Source: an uncultured Chloroflexia bacterium (GTDB lineage: Bacteria; Chloroflexota; Chloroflexia; Thermomicrobiales; UBA6265). From it: a stretch of DNA of 64,000 nt. A model generated the notes under the pieces. The model worked only from the letters and a program-made list of their open reading frames with translations, ran no database searches and had not been told where the DNA came from. Below, one piece after another: positions 58,480 through 64,000 of this stretch. The stretch spans positions 802,576-866,575 of the forward strand of contig CAVRUC010000007.1 of NCBI GenBank assembly GCA_963724295.1. The letters run 5' to 3'. Every line of letters starts with the position of its first letter. Positions within the stretch are counted from its first letter, which is position 1. A program made the position numbers and the translations under genes.

Positions 58480-58999
58480 CTACGTGGTGTAGGCCATCTC
58501 CTTGACCAGCATGAATCCGTCAAGACGAGGCTCCCATTCGAGGTCCGCCGCAGTTCCATAGAGGAAGGCGAGGTGCAGAATGGGCACTACCGAGTACGCC
58601 TCCTGGAAGACGCGGGTGATCTCGGCGAAGGCCGCCGCACGTTCTTCACCCGTGAGTGGGTTGGCCGCGTCGATCATAGTGTCCAGCTTGGGGTCGCAGT
58701 AAGGGCGACTCCCCCGTCGCAGCGATACCACGAGGCGGCAGTCAGGCCGACGTCCATCATCTCATTGCCGTGAGACATGGTGCCGATCCAGCCCGATCTT
58801 CAGGAATTTCGTCGTACGGCAGAATGTACTGCTCCATATAGGCGGCGTACTCGATGGCCTCCGTGGTCGCGTTGAGACCAATCTCATTGAGCTGGTTGGC
58901 CACGTATTCGCCGAGCTCCTCGGCCCGCAGATACACGCCCTGGCGCACGGCGACGACCACCGGGGCATCGACCGGTACGCCATCTGCCGCGGCCTCGGC
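58480..58999 (-). pseudogene. C-terminal fragment of a peptide/nickel ABC solute-binding protein (family 5)
   Basis: AEAAADGVPVD..ANQLNEIGL..YCDPKLD..IDAA..EERAA..VPILH; 5' part absent; internal frameshift. Confidence 0.7.
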
Positions 59000-59248
59000 A
59001 TCATCTCCTGGATCATCTTCGGGGCGTTGGCCGGCTGGGTGGCCAGCCTGATCGCCGGCACCAACCGCGAGCAGGGCTGGTTGGAGAACATCATCGTCGG
59101 CATCATCGGCGCCTTGCTGGGGGGCTTTCTATTTAGCCCACTCACCGGGCGGGGGACCTATTTCGACTGGAACATCGGCAGCTTCGTCGTGGCCGTCATC
59201 GGGGCGGTGGTGTCGTTATTCATCCTGCGGCTGGTGCGGCGCGCCTAG
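58994..59248 (+). pseudogene. GlsB/YeaQ/YmgE (transglycosylase-associated) membrane protein lacking its natural start
   Basis: LGIISWIIFGALAGWVAS..NIIVGIIGALLGG..VAVIGAVV; no ATG/RBS before LGIISW. Confidence 0.8.
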
Positions 59249-59479
59249 GCCTCACCGCGGACGGTCAACTGAGCGCCCGTGCGAGGTCAGGAGCATCACG
59301 CCCGAAGGCTCTCCGATGCGGTATCCGGGGCGTTGTGCAACAGCCTGGGTCGCTTCTGAGATGGAGGCCGCTTGCTTCCTGACTCGGCTGGCGTGGCAAT
59401 GCTGCCCTCTGTCACGTTCTCTTCATACGTTCTCTACAATGGAGGGAGCGAGCATGAGAAACCCAAGGGCAATTGCATC

Positions 59480-61809
59480 GTGGCCACCACCCAGCACCGC
59501 GAACTAACTGCCACGCTGCCGACTCCGCTCACCCCGCTCATCGGTCGTGAGCGCGAGGCGGTCGCGGTCCGCGACCTGCTGCGCCGGGACGATGTCCGTC
59601 TGCTGACGCTGACCGGTCCCGGCGGCGTGGGCAAGACCCGGCTCGCCCTCGCAGGTCGCGGCCGACACTGCGCGATGCCTTCCCGGACGGCGTCTGGTTC
59701 GTCGGTCTCGCGCCGATCACTGATCCTGACCTGGTTGTGCCCGACGATTGCGCAGGCTCTCGGGGTGCGGGAAGCGGGCGACGAGCCGCTGGTCGAGCGG
59801 CTCACGGCGTTCCTGCGCGATAAGCGCCTCCTGCTGGTGCTGGACAACTTCGAGCAGGTGGTGGAGGCCGCCCCGCTGGTGGGCGAGCTGCTGGCCGCCT
59901 GCCCGCGCCTCACGGTGCTGGTCACCAGCCGGGTGCGGCTGCGGGTCTCCGGCGAGCACGAGCACGCCGTGCCGCCGCTCGCGCTGCCGGACGCCGCACG
60001 AGCACCGCCGCCGTCGAGCGTCGCCGAGTCCGCGGCGGTGCGGCTCTTCGTCGAGCGGGCGCAGGCGGTGCAGGACGACTTCGCGCTGACCGACGAGAAC
60101 GCGCCGGCGGTCGCCGAGATCTGCGCCGCCTGGACGGGCTGCCGCTGGCGATCGAGCTGGCCGCGGCGCGGATCAAGGTGCTGCCGCCCGCCGCGCTGCT
60201 GGCGCGGTTGGAGCAGCGGCTGCCGCTGCTGACCGGGGGCGGCGCGCGACCTGCCGGCGCGGCAGCAGACGATGCGCGACGCGATCGCCTGGAGCTACGA
60301 CCTGCTCGTCGCCCGACGAGCAGACGCTGTTCCGCAGCCTCGCGGTCTTCGTCGGCGGCTGCACGCTCGAGGCGGCCGAGGCGGTCGTGCGCGCATCGAT
60401 GGCGATCGCGCGCTTGACGTCCTGGAGGGCGATCGCCTCGCTCGTCGACAACAGCCTGCTGCGGCGAGGACGACGGACCCGGACGGGGAGCCGCGCTACC
60501 GCATGCTGGAGACGGTCCGCGAGTATGGGCTGGAGCGGCTGGCCGACAGCGGCGAGGAGGCGCGATGCCGCGCGCCCATGCGCGCCTGCTGCGTGGCGCT
60601 CGCCGAACGGACGCGCGCCCAGTCGCGGACCGGGGCGCCGACGCTGGCTCGACCGGCTCGAGCGGAGCACGACAACCTGCGGGCCGCGTTGACCTGGTCC
60701 CTGGCGCGCGCGGCGAGAGCGAGGCGGCTCTCCGCTGAGTGCGGCCCTCGGGGGCTTCTGGTGTATGCGCGGCCACTGGCGAGGGAACGCCCTGGCTGGA
60801 AGCCAGCCTCGCCATCGGTGCCGATGCCCCCGCCGCGCTCGTGCCCGGGCATTGCTCGGGCGGGATGGTTTGCGAACGTGCTCGGCGATCCGGAGCGAGG
60901 GACGGCCGTCCTGCGGGAAGCCTGGCGCTCTGCCGGTCGCTGGGCGACCGGTTCGGTCAGCGGCAATGCGCATGCCTGCTCGGGTCGCAGCGGGGGATCA
61001 GGGCGCCTACGGCCTGGGCGAGCGCTGATGAGCGAGGCGCGGGCCTGCTTCGAGGCGATCGGCGACTGCCACTACGATTAGCCATGTCAGTCGGCTCACC
61101 TCGGGGTGACGCCCATGGGCAAGGAGACCACGATCTGGCCATGGCAGTTACGAGAATCGCAGCGCCTGGCTCGGGCCGCGGGGGATCACTCGCGCGATGG
61201 CCGGCACCCCTGTACCGGGGGCTCGTCCATGCCGCGCGGGGAGCTGCTCGCGCCGGCCGACGCGCTGGAGGAAGCGCTGGCGAGGGTGGCACGCACTCGG
61301 CCCCGAGGAGGCGCCCTTCGCTCGCCAGACTCGACGTGGCGTCCTCGCGGCGCGCGCGGGGGCGCGGAACGGGCGGCCCGGCTCTGGCGACGGCCGCGAG
61401 TGCGTGACCGCCGGGGCGGTCGTTTCCGCCCGCCGCCGGAGCGGGTGACACGATCGGGCGCATCGCCGACGCGCGGAGTCAGCTCGGTGGCAATGCGTTC
61501 GCGGCGGCGTGCGACACGGGTGGCGCCGGACATCGCGGAGCGGCTCGCGCGAGGTCCAAGAGGTCCTCGCCGCGCGCGGCACCGCAACCACGGGCTACCG
61601 GGCGCGACTGGCCGCGCCCACGGACTGACCCCACGCGAGTTGGAGGTGCTGCGGCTCGTGGCGGCGGGCGCTCCAATCGCGAGATCGCCGAGGCACTGTT
61701 TGTCAGCGTCCCCACGGTCAAGCGCCACCTCTCCAATATCCTCGGCAAGCTCGATCTCCCCTCGCGCTCGGCCCTCAACACCTACGCCCACACCCACGGC
61801 CTCACCTGA
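59480..61809 (+). CDS. STAND ATPase-TPR-LuxR transcriptional regulator, heavily frameshifted
   Basis: [69 protein letters not shown] followed by an HTH in another frame. Confidence 0.82.
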
Positions 61810-61829
61810 TCCGCCGCGCCCTCGGTCCG

Positions 61830-61870
61830 TCTACACCCATAGTGACCACCTCTACACCCTAAGGCGTAGA
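61830..61870. promoter_or_regulatory. Candidate regulator binding site
   Basis: TCTACACCC at 61830 and 61851 (21-bp period); TCTAC...GTAGA dyad at 61851-61870. Confidence 0.5.
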
Positions 61871-62002
61871 TCGCCGCAGCGCCCCCAGCGATTGCGCCCT
61901 TCGTTCGATGCGCCGCCGGGGTCACGGGCCCAAGATGGTGGTGTCCCACGCGGGACTGATCGCCGGAGAGCGGCAAACAAACAGGCAGAAGGGAGTCCAG
62001 CC

Positions 62003-62566
62003 ATGCAGGCAGCACGCGCACATCGCGGTTCAGTTGGCGGTTCGCCATGGTCGTCGGAATCGCCACGATCGACCCTGGAAATAGGGCGCGCGCGGGCGCG
62101 TCGTCGACGAGCAGCCGCCCCTCCCGCAACGGGGACAGGACGACCGGATCGCCGCAACGCGCTGTTCGGGAGGCGAGGCCCGGCATCCGCCAGCCCCCCG
62201 TACCGAGTCTGACCGACGTCTCGGCCACCACCCAGACCGCGCGATTGTTCACCGTCACCGGGAGGGACTTCACGGCCGGTGGCCGCGTCTACCTCGCCAT
62301 CTACGACCAGATGGGGGCTCGGCTCTACGAGACCCGCTGGATCACCGCCAGCCCCCCCATGTTGGCAGTCCGGGGCCGAGCGGTCACGAGGCAGCGTCCT
62401 TCACCTGGGCTGGCGCGGCGGCACGCTGCGCGAGGCGTTCGCCAACCTCTGCGGGGCGACGGCGATGATGCGGGCCTACGACTCGAACACGACGACCTGG
62501 AGCACCTGGCTGACGGTCGAACCCGCCTGTGCGGCCTACGTCGAGCCCCGCAGCGGCCCGCGCTAG
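62003..62566 (+). CDS. Hypothetical exported protein, frameshifted
   Basis: AAGGGAG RBS; FTVTGRDFTAGGRVYLAIYDQMG..ETRW and LCGATAMMRAYD..WSTW in different frames. Confidence 0.55.
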
Positions 62567-63072
62567 CGCCCGGCCGCTTTCGAGCCGAGCGCCCCAAACG
62601 AGGCGTCACGGACCCGCAGCGGGAAGTGACCAGGAACGCCAAACCGGGGACGTCAAAGACGGCGTCCCCGGGTTCATAACTCAGTTCGAAGCACGGCCGG
62701 ATCGCACCTCTGGCCCGCAACCTTCTCTGCGAGGGTGTGATGCACGCCACGCTTGCAGTGGCTCTAATGGTCGGCGCGACTCGCCTCCATGGGGCCGTAC
62801 CCGCTTGTCGCATCCCACAACGTGGCGGTGGCTCCGACGCAACGGGCCGGCATGATGAGCTGGGCAAAAGTTACGGCCTCACCGCACCCGAGCTGATGGT
62901 GCTCCACTCCCGGCTGGGGCTGGCCGAGACGGAGGAGGCGTTCCGGCAAGGGGTCGAGGAGACGGAGGTGGCGATCTCGCGCGAACACACCGTGTGGATG
63001 GCCAAGCGCGGCTAAGCTCAGTCCAAACGTCTCATCACTGGATATTGGTCACCATTGACTACGTTCCTCCTA

Positions 63073-63420
63073 TCAGCGATCCCGTTGAATCATCCGGATC
63101 GTTTCGTGGCTGACGCCGAAATCTGCGGCTAATGAACGGAGACTCCTGGTCGCGGCGAGGGTGCGAATTGCAGACTCTTGTTCCGGATTCAGCTTGCGAG
63201 CTCGAGAACGATATCGGAGCGGCAATGACACTTGACGTCGCGATGGCGACCGAGGAGCAAGAAAGGACTTGATGCGGCAGTCGGGGACGGCAATCCGATG
63301 AGGGACGAAAAGCTCTAGCACGCGGAACCGATCCCCGTCGCTTCCGCCACCGCGTTCACGACGCTGTGCTCTCGCTGCTCCGCAGACTAGGACGTGACCG
63401 CAAGGGCTCGCCTCGCCCGT
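63073..63420 (-). mobile_element. Possible remnant of a site-specific recombinase C-terminus/HTH with a tRNA-3'-end-like motif
   Basis: Open frame GGSDGDRFR..KLNPEQESAIR..RSLRSLAADFGVSHETIR (HTH); + strand CGATCCCCGTCGCTTCCGCCA at 63329-63349; no catalytic domain. Confidence 0.4.
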
Positions 63421-63814
63421 GGTTGTTGCATGGTTGCCCTCTTGCCGGGAAGTGATCGCACGTCTTCCGCCTGGCTCGAATTGGCGTACTCACTAAGGGT
63501 GGCCATGCCATCATGGAGTTGGCATTCCCGACGGTAGCATCCTATCTCATGGAGTTCCGTGCGTGCTGTCTTGGCATGCTCCGGTCGGCTGGTATACTCG
63601 CGTCCCCGACAGGTATGGAGACTCTGATTGTGGAGACGACTTTCTTAACCGCAGTTCCCTCGTAAACCGATAAGAAATTCGAGCCTTCCCACGGCGTGCG
63701 ACAATCCCGGTGAGCCGCACCGGAGCGACGATCCTAGTCTGATCATGCCCGTACGCCTGCTATCCACGCACTTGTCACCTTCCTTTTTTCCAAGTTCGAA
63801 GGGAGTTCTGGCAC

Positions 63815-64000
63815 GTGAACCGGGACGCGATTCATCGACACATCGACGAGCACCTCGAGGAGCACGTCGAGCACATTCGCGCCTGGGTGCGCCAAGCCAA
63901 GCGTGAGCTGGGACAGCCTCGGCGTCCGCGACTGCGCGGAGATCGTTGCCGAGTTGTATCGCGATCTCGGGCTGCCAGGAGGTCGAGATCATCAAGGGGT
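63815..64000 (+). CDS. N-terminus of an M20/M25/M40 metallohydrolase, runs off the window, frameshifted
   Basis: GTG after AAGGGAG; MNRDAIHRHIDEHLEEHVEHIRAWVRQ-PSVS..CAEIV..LG-CQEVEII. Confidence 0.65.
   Translation, partial: MNRDAIHRHIDEHLEEHVEHIRAWVRQAKRELGQPRRPRLRGDRCRVVSRSRAARRSRSSRG

Noticed and set aside
62737..63015. 92-aa ORF with a protein-like C-terminal half
   Set aside because: Probably a gene fragment, but no family could be recognised.

Overview
High-GC bacterial DNA whose gene style resembles Chloroflexota/Thermomicrobia (inferred from Tat leaders, an RNase P RNA lacking P13/P14 and a T-box; not verified by search). 1-9 kb: stand-alone EF-G, RNase HI-like gene, tRNA-Val, ABC-2 exporter, a class III cyclase-STAND-TPR protein and a 16-Cys Tat protein. 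9.6-23.7 kb: a 12-gene, apparently FadR-controlled sugar/sugar-acid operon built around a D-apionate lactonase (ApnL)-like gene but lacking the known downstream apionate enzymes; this is the best candidate for an undescribed pathway. 23.8-33.8 kb: D,D-carboxypeptidase, T-box-thrS, two paralogous Tat-exported LPxTG Ala-repeat proteins, an unannotated 21-aa membrane peptide, housekeeping hydrolases and a tRNA-Thr/tRNA-Leu/rnpB/tRNA-His cluster. 34-50.3 kb: an oligosaccharide-use locus (GH141-like beta-helix enzyme, IclR, two CUT1 ABC sets, three TIM-barrel epimerases) with two matching operators. 50.5-64 kb: a frameshift-rich accessory region with two comM remnants bracketing ion/stress cargo, a head-to-head junction of truncated genes, a STAND-LuxR module and a possible recombinase/att remnant. 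Most frameshifts look like single-base indels and may be sequencing errors. No CRISPR array, rRNA or intact integrase/transposase was seen. All family calls come from motif recognition, not database searches.
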